Numbered from the stretch's first letter, positions 1 to 9,385 are shown. The stretch: 22,756 nt of DNA from Fibrobacterales bacterium (GCA_051532055.1 JAOPTX010000060.1:1-22756), one strand, 5' to 3'. Notes: generated from the letters alone by a model not told the origin. Made by a program: numbers and translations.

Positions 1-40
1 GAGTAGCTTAAAATTCGTCCTTTGACTTGATATTTTAATC

Positions 41-60
41 AAATTTTTCAATATTTGCAC
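41..60 (+). promoter_or_regulatory. Candidate housekeeping promoter element (Bacteroidota-like -7 box, AATATTTG at 50-57) for the rimP-nusA-infB operon
   Basis: aaatttttcAATATTTGcac is a one-mismatch match to TAnnTTTG. A near-identical context (aaatttgcTATTTTTGcac..ccagaa) lies upstream of ileS. Not experimentally mapped. Confidence 0.45.
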
Positions 61-66
61 TACCAG

Positions 67-97
67 AAGTGCTCCTGAAAACAGGAGCACTTTTTTT
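67..97 (+). terminator. rimP-leader attenuator-like intrinsic terminator
   Basis: Perfect 11-bp stem aagtgctcctg/caggagcactt with loop aaaa, running into T7 (91-97). It ends 19 nt before the rimP ATG. Confidence 0.8.
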
Positions 98-116
98 ACA
101 CCTACAGAAAGATGTG

Positions 117-575
117 ATGAATACAGAACGCATAGAAGAACTTCTAAAAGAAATTGCCGAACAAGTGAATTGTGAAATGGTGGAGTATACCATATTCCAA
201 GCGGGAAGTAGACAAATCTTTAGAATCTTTATTGATGCTGAAGCAGGGATTACTGTTGATCTTTGTGCAAAGTTTAGTAGAGAGCTTGGTACGGTACTCG
301 ATCTCGAAGAGTTGATCGATGATGAATATGTCCTTGAAGTTTCATCACCAGGTATTGAACGTCCTCTTAAAAATAATAGAGATTTTGAACGTAATATTGG
401 TCGTACTTTAAAGGTTACCTTTGAAGAGCCAATTGAAGGTGTAACAAAAAAGAAGTTTTTAGTAGCTGAACTATTGGGGTTCTCAGAAGAGACTCTCACT
501 ATGAAAGTAAAGAAAGATGAAGTTCAGGTCCCACGGGAAAAAATATTAACCGCAAAAATTGAAATACAATTCTAA
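117..575 (+). CDS. rimP: Ribosome maturation factor RimP
   Basis: Motifs RIFID..GITVDLC..FSR and EYVLEVSSPGIERPL; first gene before nusA. Start moved from GTG69, which lies inside the hairpin, to ATG117 (GTG114 is possible). Confidence 0.96.
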   Translation: MNTERIEELLKEIAEQVNCEMVEYTIFQAGSRQIFRIFIDAEAGITVDLCAKFSRELGTVLDLEELIDDEYVLEVSSPGIERPLKNNRDFERNIGRTLKVTFEEPIEGVTKKKFLVAELLGFSEETLTMKVKKDEVQVPREKILTAKIEIQF

Positions 576-585
576 GAGATACAAA

Positions 586-1788
586 ATGAAAGATATACAA
601 ATTGGATTGGTAGAAGGCCTGAAGGCAATTGCTCAAGGTAAAAATGTTTCAAAAGAAATTATCATTGAGGCGTTACAAGAAGCTCTAGTGAGTGCTGCAC
701 GTAAGTATACTGGCATTCAAAAGAACATTGTTGCTGTAATTGAAGAAGAAACAAATGATATTAGTGTATATCTATCGGTACAGGTAGTCGATGATTATCC
801 TGATGTACCTGATGATGCTGATGCAGATGAAGTGAAAAAACTTGATGAACAGTTTATGCTCCTTCATGAAGCTCAAGAATATAATGAAGATGCATCTGTA
901 GGTGACCTTCTCGAAATGGATATTCCTATCGAAGGTTTTGGACGGATGGCTATTCAAACCGCTAAGCAACTTCTTATGCAAAAAGTGCGTGAAGCGGAAC
1001 GCCAAAGAATTGTTATGGATTATCAAGATCGAATTGGTACACTCATCTCAGGTGTGGTACAGCAGGTTGATCGTGGTAATATTGTCGTTAATCTTGGCAA
1101 AACTGAAGCAATTATTCCTCCTCGTGAACAAATTAAACGGGAAAGATTCCGTCAGGGTGACTCTATTCAAGCATATATTGCAGGGGTTTCTGATAGTGCA
1201 CGTGGTGCGCAGGTAGTTCTTTCTCGTGCACACGAAGGGTTTCTCGTTGAACTCTTCAAATTAGAAGTGCCAGAAATTTATGATGGCATTGTTGAAATTA
1301 AAGGGGCTGCACGTGACCCAGGAAACCGTGCAAAAATATCTGTATTTTCATCAGATGATCGTATTGATCCTGTTGGTGCTTGTGTAGGTATGAAAGGAAA
1401 TCGTGTACAATCAATTGTTCGTGAGCTTGCGAATGAACGTATTGATATTGTTAATTGGAGTGATGATAACTCTGCATTTATCAAGCGTGCACTTGCTCCT
1501 GCAGAAGTAGTAAAACTGCACGAAGTGCAGGGGACCAAAAGAGTGGTACTTGTGGTTGCAGATGAAAATCTTGCACAAGCAATTGGTCGTAATGGTCAGA
1601 ATATAAAGCTTGCATCTAAACTTACTGATCGTGAACTCGATATTTACGGTGAAGAAGAATGGATGGACTTTAACGATGATGAAAAACAGAGAACTCTTAC
1701 TCCAAAAGATTCTGATACTGTTGTAGAGAGCGGATCTCAAGACCGCCTGTCTGAACTCAATGCACTTTTTGATTCAGATGAAGATTAA
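586..1788 (+). CDS. nusA: Transcription termination/antitermination factor NusA
   Basis: FGRMAIQTAKQ, S1 domain, ELFKLEVPEI, ARDPGNRAKI, IDPVGACVGMKGNRV, AIGRNGQNIKLASKL (KH domains). ATG586 chosen as start; no C-terminal acidic-repeat domains. Confidence 0.98.
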   Translation: MKDIQIGLVEGLKAIAQGKNVSKEIIIEALQEALVSAARKYTGIQKNIVAVIEEETNDISVYLSVQVVDDYPDVPDDADADEVKKLDEQFMLLHEAQEYNEDASVGDLLEMDIPIEGFGRMAIQTAKQLLMQKVREAERQRIVMDYQDRIGTLISGVVQQVDRGNIVVNLGKTEAIIPPREQIKRERFRQGDSIQAYIAGVSDSARGAQVVLSRAHEGFLVELFKLEVPEIYDGIVEIKGAARDPGNRAKISVFSSDDRIDPVGACVGMKGNRVQSIVRELANERIDIVNWSDDNSAFIKRALAPAEVVKLHEVQGTKRVVLVVADENLAQAIGRNGQNIKLASKLTDRELDIYGEEEWMDFNDDEKQRTLTPKDSDTVVESGSQDRLSELNALFDSDED

Positions 1789-1818
1789 TATTAACCGAAT
1801 ACGTAAAGGTAAAGGTAC

Positions 1819-4785
1819 ATGTCAAAAATTGCCAAAAAGAAAATTGCTACACTGGCAAGCAAGTATGAGGTCGAAAGTGAACTCTTAATTCGTCTCCTAC
1901 AACAAAAAGGCGTAGAAGTTCGCAGTAGTCTCACTATGATCGATTCGGATCAGTTCGGGCTGATTAAAGATGCCCTTCTCGAAGAAGTTGAGAAGCAGAA
2001 AGCTTCAGTAAAGCCAAAAGTCAAGAAAAAAATATCGGTAAAATCTAAAGCCGGTATTGTATCTAATTCAAACAAAAAAAGTGACTCGGAATCGGATAAT
2101 AAAAAATCCCCATCAGGACTTAAAGTAACGCTTAAAAAAGCAACGCTTAAAAAAGCACCTCCTGTAGATACGGCCGCTCTTGCTGCAAAACTTAAAAAAG
2201 CAGAAATCCCACCTGAAAAAGTAGTTGAAAAAACTATAGAAAAACCAGTTGAGGTTCAGCCTGCTCCACCTATTGTAGAAACTCCAGTAGTCGAGAATGT
2301 CGAAGCACCTATTGCAGAACAACCTGTTGAAACTCCTGTGGCTCCTGAAGCTCCAGTTGCAGAACCTGTTGAGGAGAGTGTAGCAGCTACTCCAGAGTCT
2401 GAAACTGTTGTAGAAAAAGAAGTAGCTCCGGTCGTAGAACCAGTAGTTGAAGAACCTAAAGAAGTGGTGGTAACACCTGTTGCAGCATCTGAAAAACCAA
2501 AAGAACGCGTGGGTGTTGCGGCATCTGTACAGACTAATCAGGTTGGGCTTAAAGAGAAAGAGCTTAAGGTAACTATTGAGAAACCAACAGATGAAATGCT
2601 TGCACGAATTGCAAAGTACAAGCCTAAGCCAAAAGGTCCTCGTAAAAGAAACGGCGATGATAAAGGCTATACCGGCAAACTTGGTGCTGCTCCAGTTAAA
2701 AAAGAGCAGAAACCACGGAGTGGAAAAGATGGTACTCCTACTGCGGTCAAGCAAGATTCTTATGCTGAGCGTTTAAATAAATTCGCAGATATTTCTGCTG
2801 CAACTGCTGCTCCGGATAAAGCAGCCGCGGCCGCAACAGGTAAAAAAGGCAAAAAGAAAAAAGGTAAAGATAAGAAACTTACCAAAGCTCAAAAAGAAGA
2901 GCGCATCGAGGCGGTAAAAGGTAATGTTAAGTCTGTCATGGCTTCACTATCTAAAACACCGACTAAAAAAACATATAAGAAAGAAGAGAGTGAAATCGAT
3001 GGGGATGCAGAAGAGAAACGCATGCTCGAAGTTTCTGACTTTGTAACAATTGGTGAACTTGCTGGACTTATGGAACAGATGCCTGCTAAGGTTATCGGTA
3101 AGTGTATGGAAATGGGTATGATGGTTACTATTAACTATCGTATTGATTTTGAGACTATTCAACTGCTCGCAGATGAATTTGGTTTTGAAGCAAAACTTCT
3201 TGAAGAGTACGAAGAAGAAATTGATATTGAAGAAGAAGTAGACGAATCTGCTCTTGAACCACGCCCACCTGTAGTTACAGTGATGGGTCACGTGGATCAC
3301 GGTAAAACATCGTTCCTTGATTATATTCGTTCTCAAAAAGTTGCATCTGGCGAAGCTGGTGGTATTACTCAGCATATAGGTGCATACACAGTAGAAACTG
3401 AACGAGGTAAAGTTACCTTTTTGGATACTCCTGGTCACGAAGCGTTTTCTGCTATGCGTGCCCGTGGTTCGTTGGTAACAGATGTAATTGTTCTTATTGT
3501 TGCTGCAGATAGTAGAGTGATGCCACAGACTGTAGAGTCTATTGAGCATGCCCGTGCAGCTAAAGTGCCAATTGTTGTTGCCATTAATAAATGTGATTTG
3601 CCAACGGCAAACCCAGATAAGATTAGAGCGCAACTTGCTGAGCGTGGTATCGAAGTAGAAGAATGGGGTGGTAAAACAGCATGTCGTGAAGTTTCTTCTG
3701 TAACTGGTAAGGGTATTGATGAGCTTCTTGAAGTACTTGCACTTGAAACTGAATTAATGGAATTAAAAGCAAACTACTCAACACCTGCAAAGGGTGCTGT
3801 TGTAGAATCTTCACTTGATAAAGGTAGAGGTGCGGTTGCAACAATATTGGTGCAATCAGGTATTCTCCGTAAAGGCGATTGTTTTGTTGCTGGTATTTAT
3901 TCTGGTAAAGTTCGTGCAATTCTTGATTATAATGGCAATGAACTTGAACAGGCTGATCCATCTACACCATGTCAGGTGTTGGGTTTTGAAGGCGCACCAA
4001 TGTCTGGTGATACTTTTATGGTTGTTGAAAATGAAAAGATATCTCGTGAAATATCTACAAAACGACGACAGGCCGCTAAAGAGAGAGAGCTTCGTTCACG
4101 TAAGCATATCTCACTTGAACAGTTATATGACAGAGTTAAAGATGGTGAGTTTACAGAATTAAATGTTATTGTTAAAGCAGATGTAGATGGTTCTGTTGAA
4201 GCAATTGCAGCATCTCTCGACAAGCTTTCAAATAAAGAAGTTAAAATTAATATTATTCGTAAAGCAGTTGGTAATATTAATGAATCGGATGTTATGCTTG
4301 CAGCTGCATCAGATGCAATCATTATCTCCTTTCACCTGTTACCATCTCGTGCTGTACGTGAAGAAGCAGAGCGTGAAGGTGTTCAGATTAAAAGTTACAG
4401 CATTATTTATCAGATTGTTGAAGAATTCGAAGGTATCGTAGAAGGCAAACTCAGACCTAAGGTTGAAGAAAAATTGATTGGTCAGGCCGAAGTGAAACAA
4501 GTCTTCAAAGTTACCAAAATTGGTAATATTGCAGGATCTATGGTTCACGAAGGTGTTGTTGAACGTGATGCAAGTCTAAGAATATATCGTAACGGTATTG
4601 AACTTGGAACTGCAGAGGTTAATTCACTCAAGCGTCATCAAGATGATGTGAATTCTGTTAAAGCAGGATACGAATGTGGTATCGGCTTTAAAGACTTCAA
4701 TGATCTTCGCGAAGGTGATACCATGGCATTCTTTAAAATGATTGAGATCAAACGAACCCTCAAAGATCTTGAAAGAGAGTCATGA
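1819..4785 (+). CDS. infB: Translation initiation factor IF-2
   Basis: G-domain motifs RPPVVTVMGHVDHGKT, GGITQHIGAY, FLDTPGHEAF, NKCD; KADVDGSVEA; GYECGI. Confidence 0.99.
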   Translation: MSKIAKKKIATLASKYEVESELLIRLLQQKGVEVRSSLTMIDSDQFGLIKDALLEEVEKQKASVKPKVKKKISVKSKAGIVSNSNKKSDSESDNKKSPSGLKVTLKKATLKKAPPVDTAALAAKLKKAEIPPEKVVEKTIEKPVEVQPAPPIVETPVVENVEAPIAEQPVETPVAPEAPVAEPVEESVAATPESETVVEKEVAPVVEPVVEEPKEVVVTPVAASEKPKERVGVAASVQTNQVGLKEKELKVTIEKPTDEMLARIAKYKPKPKGPRKRNGDDKGYTGKLGAAPVKKEQKPRSGKDGTPTAVKQDSYAERLNKFADISAATAAPDKAAAAATGKKGKKKKGKDKKLTKAQKEERIEAVKGNVKSVMASLSKTPTKKTYKKEESEIDGDAEEKRMLEVSDFVTIGELAGLMEQMPAKVIGKCMEMGMMVTINYRIDFETIQLLADEFGFEAKLLEEYEEEIDIEEEVDESALEPRPPVVTVMGHVDHGKTSFLDYIRSQKVASGEAGGITQHIGAYTVETERGKVTFLDTPGHEAFSAMRARGSLVTDVIVLIVAADSRVMPQTVESIEHARAAKVPIVVAINKCDLPTANPDKIRAQLAERGIEVEEWGGKTACREVSSVTGKGIDELLEVLALETELMELKANYSTPAKGAVVESSLDKGRGAVATILVQSGILRKGDCFVAGIYSGKVRAILDYNGNELEQADPSTPCQVLGFEGAPMSGDTFMVVENEKISREISTKRRQAAKERELRSRKHISLEQLYDRVKDGEFTELNVIVKADVDGSVEAIAASLDKLSNKEVKINIIRKAVGNINESDVMLAAASDAIIISFHLLPSRAVREEAEREGVQIKSYSIIYQIVEEFEGIVEGKLRPKVEEKLIGQAEVKQVFKVTKIGNIAGSMVHEGVVERDASLRIYRNGIELGTAEVNSLKRHQDDVNSVKAGYECGIGFKDFNDLREGDTMAFFKMIEIKRTLKDLERES
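2206..2490 (+). repeat. Low-complexity Pro/Val/Glu/Ala-rich linker within the IF-2 N-terminal region
   Basis: Degenerate repeats VETPVVE, QPVETPVAPEAPVAEPVEE, APVVEPVVEEP. Confidence 0.7.
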
Positions 4786-5168
4786 GTCGTAGAACAGATA
4801 AACTAAATAATCAGATCCAAAAAGAGATTGGTCAGATACTTCAAACTGAAGTATCTGATTCTCGAATTGGGTTTGCTACAATTTCTCGTGTAGAGGTAAC
4901 GACTGATTTAGCTCACGCTAAAGTCTTTGTTTCTGTCCTTGGGAATGAATCTCAGAGAAAAAGTGCAATGATTGGCCTTAAACAGGCCTCTTCACATATT
5001 CGTACAATGCTATCACGGAGTCTTAAAACACGAACTGTACCAAAATTAAATTTTGTTCTTGATCTTAATCTTGATCACAGTTATCGTATACAAGAGCTAC
5101 TAAGTGGTCTTGACGAATTGAAAGCCCCTCCTTCAACCGATAGTACCCCTACAGAAGAGAATGAATAG
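4782..5168 (+). CDS. rbfA: Ribosome-binding factor A
   Basis: SRRTDKL..QIQKEI, TISRVEVTTDLAHAKVFVS, RTVPKLNFVLD. ATGA overlap with the infB stop. Confidence 0.97.
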   Translation: MSRRTDKLNNQIQKEIGQILQTEVSDSRIGFATISRVEVTTDLAHAKVFVSVLGNESQRKSAMIGLKQASSHIRTMLSRSLKTRTVPKLNFVLDLNLDHSYRIQELLSGLDELKAPPSTDSTPTEENE

Positions 5169-6060
5169 TAGCGGTTTCTTGTTATTGAATAAACCCAAAG
5201 GTATAACGACCTTTAAATTGCTATATCCAGTCAAACGCTTTTTTAAAAAAGGGTGTAAAGTTGGCCATGCGGGTACTCTTGATCCTGATGCTCATGGATT
5301 GGTTATAGCTGCTGTTGGTAAAGCTACTCGATTGCTTTCTTTTATCGAAGCAGCACATAAGGTGTATGAGTTTAGACTCCATTTAGGTGTTGAGACTGAC
5401 TCTGCTGATGCAACAGGTGAAGTTACTCAGACTTTTGATAATGCTGCAGTAACAGGTAGTGCTATTGAAGGCGTTCTTTCTCGTTTTATTGGTGAGATTA
5501 CCCAGACACCACCGGTTTATTCCGCAATCAAAATTGACGGCAAACGAGCGTGTGATAGAGTAAGAAAGGGTGAAGAAGTTACGATAAAGTCCAGAGAAGT
5601 GACCATCTTGGATTTGCAACTGATTGATGACGATAGAGACGCTTTAAAAACTGAATTTTTATTTCGATGTCACTGTTCGAAAGGGACCTACATCCGTTCA
5701 TTGGGTGTAGATTTAGGTAAAGCTTTGGGTAGTGGCGCACATGTTTCTGATATTAAACGTTTAGCCATTGGAGAAAGTTTACTCGATAATGCAGTAGACC
5801 CTGAATCCGAAACACTTGACCAGTCGCTTATATCCGCCGAAAAAATAATTTCACACATTCCAACTATTACTCTAAATGAGAAATGGATTCGTATTCTTAA
5901 GAATGGAATTAAGCCCGAGCTTAATCGTTTAGAATTAGAAGGTATTAAATTAGGGAAACGTGAGAAGTATTTTATTCTAGATGAAAATGGTCAATTACAA
6001 ATGTATGCAGAAACTGACCAAGAGCTTCTCAGGCCAAAGGTTCAATTGACCCATGAGTAA
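5161..6060 (+). CDS. truB: tRNA pseudouridine(55) synthase TruB
   Basis: NKPKGIT, KVGHAGTLDP (catalytic Asp), QTPPVYSAIKIDGKR, CSKGTYIRSL. 8-nt overlap with rbfA. Confidence 0.97.
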   Translation: MNSSGFLLLNKPKGITTFKLLYPVKRFFKKGCKVGHAGTLDPDAHGLVIAAVGKATRLLSFIEAAHKVYEFRLHLGVETDSADATGEVTQTFDNAAVTGSAIEGVLSRFIGEITQTPPVYSAIKIDGKRACDRVRKGEEVTIKSREVTILDLQLIDDDRDALKTEFLFRCHCSKGTYIRSLGVDLGKALGSGAHVSDIKRLAIGESLLDNAVDPESETLDQSLISAEKIISHIPTITLNEKWIRILKNGIKPELNRLELEGIKLGKREKYFILDENGQLQMYAETDQELLRPKVQLTHE

Positions 6061-6949
6061 GAGTGATACAATAATTCTTACTGGTAATATGGACGGTTGC
6101 CATTTGGGGCATCAAGAAATGATTCGTTCTCTTAAGCATGAAGCGAAAAAAAGAGGACTAACTCCATTGATACTCACATTTGATCCTCATCCCGTACATT
6201 TTTTTGGTCACAGTAATTCATTAAAACTCCTTATGACAATGGAAGAGAAGGTCGAAACCTTAAAAGAGTTTGGGGTTTCAGTTGAAGTAGTTGCTTTTAA
6301 TCAAGAATTTAGCCAATTAAGTGCAACTGAGTATGTAAAACAAGTACTCGTTGGCACCTATGGAGCACAAGCTTGGGTTACAGGCTTTAATCATCAGTTT
6401 GGGAGTAAGTCTTCACGTAGTGATGAAATTCATTTTAACGAGTATTTAACGACAATTGGACTCGAAAGAGTTGTAGTTGATGAATTTGAGTTAAAAGGGC
6501 AATCAATTAGCTCATCTACGATACGGAATTTAATTGCAGATTCAAAAATAAAAGAAGCAAATGAACTTCTTGGTCACACATATGTACTTTCGGGGCCTAT
6601 TGTACATGGTGATAAAATAGGTGGGACCCTCGGCTTTAAAACAGCTAATATTGAGGTGTCAGACCCCCATAAATTACTTCCACCTCCGGGAGTGTATGGT
6701 GGAGTTTTTGAATGTGGAGGCGAGTCACATATTGCGGCAGTGAATATCGGATTTCGGCCAACTTTTGATGGTGAAGATTTACGAATAGAAGCCCATTTGC
6801 TGGACTTTTCGGGAGATATTTATAGCCAAAAAGCCAAATTACAGCTACATTTACACATTCGTGATGAATTGTCCTTTGCGTCTACCGAAGGATTAAAGTC
6901 GCGAATTTCACAGGATATCAAATGTATCCGTGATTTTTTTAGAACATAA
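6053..6949 (+). CDS. ribF: Bifunctional riboflavin kinase / FAD synthetase
   Basis: GNMDGCHLGHQ, LTFDPHP, ISSSTIR, GTLGFKTAN, GVY, NIGFRPTF, IEAHLLDFSGDIY. 8-nt overlap with truB. Confidence 0.96.
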   Translation: MSKSDTIILTGNMDGCHLGHQEMIRSLKHEAKKRGLTPLILTFDPHPVHFFGHSNSLKLLMTMEEKVETLKEFGVSVEVVAFNQEFSQLSATEYVKQVLVGTYGAQAWVTGFNHQFGSKSSRSDEIHFNEYLTTIGLERVVVDEFELKGQSISSSTIRNLIADSKIKEANELLGHTYVLSGPIVHGDKIGGTLGFKTANIEVSDPHKLLPPPGVYGGVFECGGESHIAAVNIGFRPTFDGEDLRIEAHLLDFSGDIYSQKAKLQLHLHIRDELSFASTEGLKSRISQDIKCIRDFFRT

Positions 6950-6970
6950 TTTAAACAAAGGACTGTAGAT

Positions 6971-7243
6971 ATGCCATCAATAACAAAAGAAAAAAAAGCC
7001 GAACTCATTTCAAAATTCGGTAAAAATGAAAACGATAGCGGCAATGCGAAAGTACAAGTAGCAATGATCACTGAGAGAATTCTTAATCTCACTGAACATG
7101 TTAAGCAAAACAAGAAAGACAAATCGTCAACACGCGGATTGATTACTCTTGTAGCTGAAAGAAAAAAACACTTAAAATTTATCGCTAATAAAAATCTGGA
7201 TGAGTACAGATCACTCATCAAAGAACTTGGACTAAGAAAATAA
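6971..7243 (+). CDS. rpsO: 30S ribosomal protein S15
   Basis: 90 aa with DSGNAKVQVAMITERI..LTEH...KKDKSSTRGL and YRSLIKELGLRK; sits between ribF and pnp; AAGGA SD. Confidence 0.98.
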   Translation: MPSITKEKKAELISKFGKNENDSGNAKVQVAMITERILNLTEHVKQNKKDKSSTRGLITLVAERKKHLKFIANKNLDEYRSLIKELGLRK

Positions 7244-7253
7244 AAAAGAACAT

Positions 7254-7283
7254 AAAAGCCCTTAATGATTAAGGGCTTTTTTT
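7254..7283 (+). terminator. Intrinsic terminator after rpsO
   Basis: 12-bp stem aaaagcccttaa/ttaagggctttt with loop tga, ending in T7. Confidence 0.85.
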
Positions 7284-7300
7284 AATAAAGAGGTAAAGCT

Positions 7301-9385
7301 TTGTTACAAAAAATAGAAGAAACGGTTGAATACGCACCCGGTAAAAGTATAACATTTGAAACAGGAAGACTTGCTAAACAAGCAGGTGGTGCAGCACTCG
7401 TTAAAGCAGGTGAAGCACAACTATTATGTACAACGTGCTGCGGCGGGTTGTCTAAAGGTGACTTCTTTCCTCTTACAGTAGAGTATAAAGAAAAAGCATA
7501 CGCAGCAGGTAAATTACCTGGTGGATTTTTCAAACGTGAAGCACGCCCAAGCGAAGCTGAAATTCTCACGTGTCGTACAATTGATAGACCTATACGTCCA
7601 ATGTTTCCTGAAGGCTTCATGTTTGAAGTGCAAATCATTGCGACAGTACTATCAGCTGACCCCAAATTACAATCGGACATTCTTGGTGTATCTGCTGCAT
7701 CTTTAGCAACAGGCTTATCTGACATTCCTTTTGAAGAACAGGTTGCTGGCGTACGTGTAGCACTTATCAACGGTGAACATGTTATTAATCCTTCACATAC
7801 CGAAATGGAAGATGCTGACCTTGAGCTCGTAGTAGCTGGTACAGAAACTTCAGTATGTATGGTTGAAGGTGGCGCATGGGAACAACCTGAAGAGGTTATC
7901 ATTGCTGCTATTACTGCTGGACACGAAGCAATTAAAAAGCTTTGTGTCGCTCAAACTGCTCTTGTTGCGAAAGCAGGCAAAGAAAAATTTGAATTTGTAA
8001 CCCCAGTGCTTGATGCTGATATTGTTACAATGGTAGAAGAAAAAACAAAACAGAAATTGATTGATGCATTTCATCAAGATATGACAAAAACAAATCATTA
8101 CCCAGAAATGAAAAAGATTCAGGATGAACTTCTTGAGTCTCTTGGTGAAGATTTTGATGAAGCTAAAATTCCACAAGTTAAAACTGCTTTTGGTGATCTT
8201 AAGAAAAATGAAATGCGTCGTATGATCCTTGAAGAAGGTCGTCGTATTGATGGAAGAAAAACTGATGATATCCGCGCAATTGATACTGAGTCATCAGTAC
8301 TCCCTAGTACGCATGGATCTGCAGTATTCCAACGTGGTGAGACTCAAGGTCTTGTTACTTGTACTCTTGGTACAAAATCTGATGAACAGATGGTTGAAAC
8401 TCTTCACGGTATTATTTACAAAAACTACATGCTTCACTATAACTTCCCTCCATATTCTGTAGGCGAAACGAAACGTGTTGGTTCTGTATCTCGTCGTGAG
8501 ATCGGTCATGGTCATCTTGCTGAAAGATCACTTTACCCAATACTTCCTCATCCAGAAGATTTCCCATATACAATCAGAATTGTTTCTGAAATAATGGAAT
8601 CAAATGGTTCAAGTTCTATGGCTTCAGTATGTGGTGGATCAATGGCTCTTATGGATGCTGGTGTTCCAACTAAATGTCACGTTGCAGGTATTGCAATGGG
8701 TCTTATCTCTGAAGGTGATGACGTAAAAATACTTTCTGATATTACTGGAACGGAAGATCACCTTGGTGATATGGACTTCAAAGTAACTGGTACTAAAGAT
8801 GGTATCACTGCTTTCCAAATGGACATCAAAATCAAAGGTATTACTCCAGAACTTATGGCTAAATCTATGACACAAGCAAAAGCTGGTCGTCTACATATTA
8901 TTAGTGAGATGGAGAAAAACCTACCTGAGCCTAGAAAAGAACTTTCTGAGAAAGCTCCTGTTATCATGAGCTTTATTATTGATCAGAAGAAAATTCGTGA
9001 CGTTATTGGTCCTGGTGGACAAGTAATTCGGGGCATTCAAGAGGCAACTGGCGCGACAATCTCAATTAATGATGATGGTCAAGTGAGTATCTCTGCTGTT
9101 GGTAAAGAGAAAGGTCAAAAAGCTCGTGAGATGGTTGAAGAGATTATCGCTGAAGCTGAGCCTGGTAAAATTTATGACGGTAAAGTAAAAAGAGTAACTT
9201 CTTTTGGTGCTTTTGTTGAGATCATTCCTGGTAAAGAAGGACTTCTTCATATTTCTGAACTCGCTGCAGAGCGTGTTGATAAAGTAGAAGACGTTCTTAA
9301 CGTTGGTGATGAAGTTCGTGTTAAATGTCTCGAAATTGATCCACGTGGAAGAATTAACCTTTCTAAAAAAGCTGTAGAAGAATAA
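7301..9385 (+). CDS. pnp: Polyribonucleotide nucleotidyltransferase (PNPase)
   Basis: FETGRLAKQA, DFFPLTVEY, IDRPIRP, HYNFPPYSVGE, SRREIGHG, ESNGSSSMASVCG, DHLGDMDFKV, C-terminal KH and S1 domains. TTG start preceded by a GAGGT SD. Confidence 0.99.
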   Translation: MLQKIEETVEYAPGKSITFETGRLAKQAGGAALVKAGEAQLLCTTCCGGLSKGDFFPLTVEYKEKAYAAGKLPGGFFKREARPSEAEILTCRTIDRPIRPMFPEGFMFEVQIIATVLSADPKLQSDILGVSAASLATGLSDIPFEEQVAGVRVALINGEHVINPSHTEMEDADLELVVAGTETSVCMVEGGAWEQPEEVIIAAITAGHEAIKKLCVAQTALVAKAGKEKFEFVTPVLDADIVTMVEEKTKQKLIDAFHQDMTKTNHYPEMKKIQDELLESLGEDFDEAKIPQVKTAFGDLKKNEMRRMILEEGRRIDGRKTDDIRAIDTESSVLPSTHGSAVFQRGETQGLVTCTLGTKSDEQMVETLHGIIYKNYMLHYNFPPYSVGETKRVGSVSRREIGHGHLAERSLYPILPHPEDFPYTIRIVSEIMESNGSSSMASVCGGSMALMDAGVPTKCHVAGIAMGLISEGDDVKILSDITGTEDHLGDMDFKVTGTKDGITAFQMDIKIKGITPELMAKSMTQAKAGRLHIISEMEKNLPEPRKELSEKAPVIMSFIIDQKKIRDVIGPGGQVIRGIQEATGATISINDDGQVSISAVGKEKGQKAREMVEEIIAEAEPGKIYDGKVKRVTSFGAFVEIIPGKEGLLHISELAAERVDKVEDVLNVGDEVRVKCLEIDPRGRINLSKKAVEE

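Noticed and set aside
69..116. Longer rimP start at GTG69 (and nusA start at 559) from the ORF track
   Set aside because: GTG69 lies inside the leader hairpin and adds 16 residues unlike RimP. The 559 start is a TTG inside rimP, whereas ATG586 follows the rimP stop.
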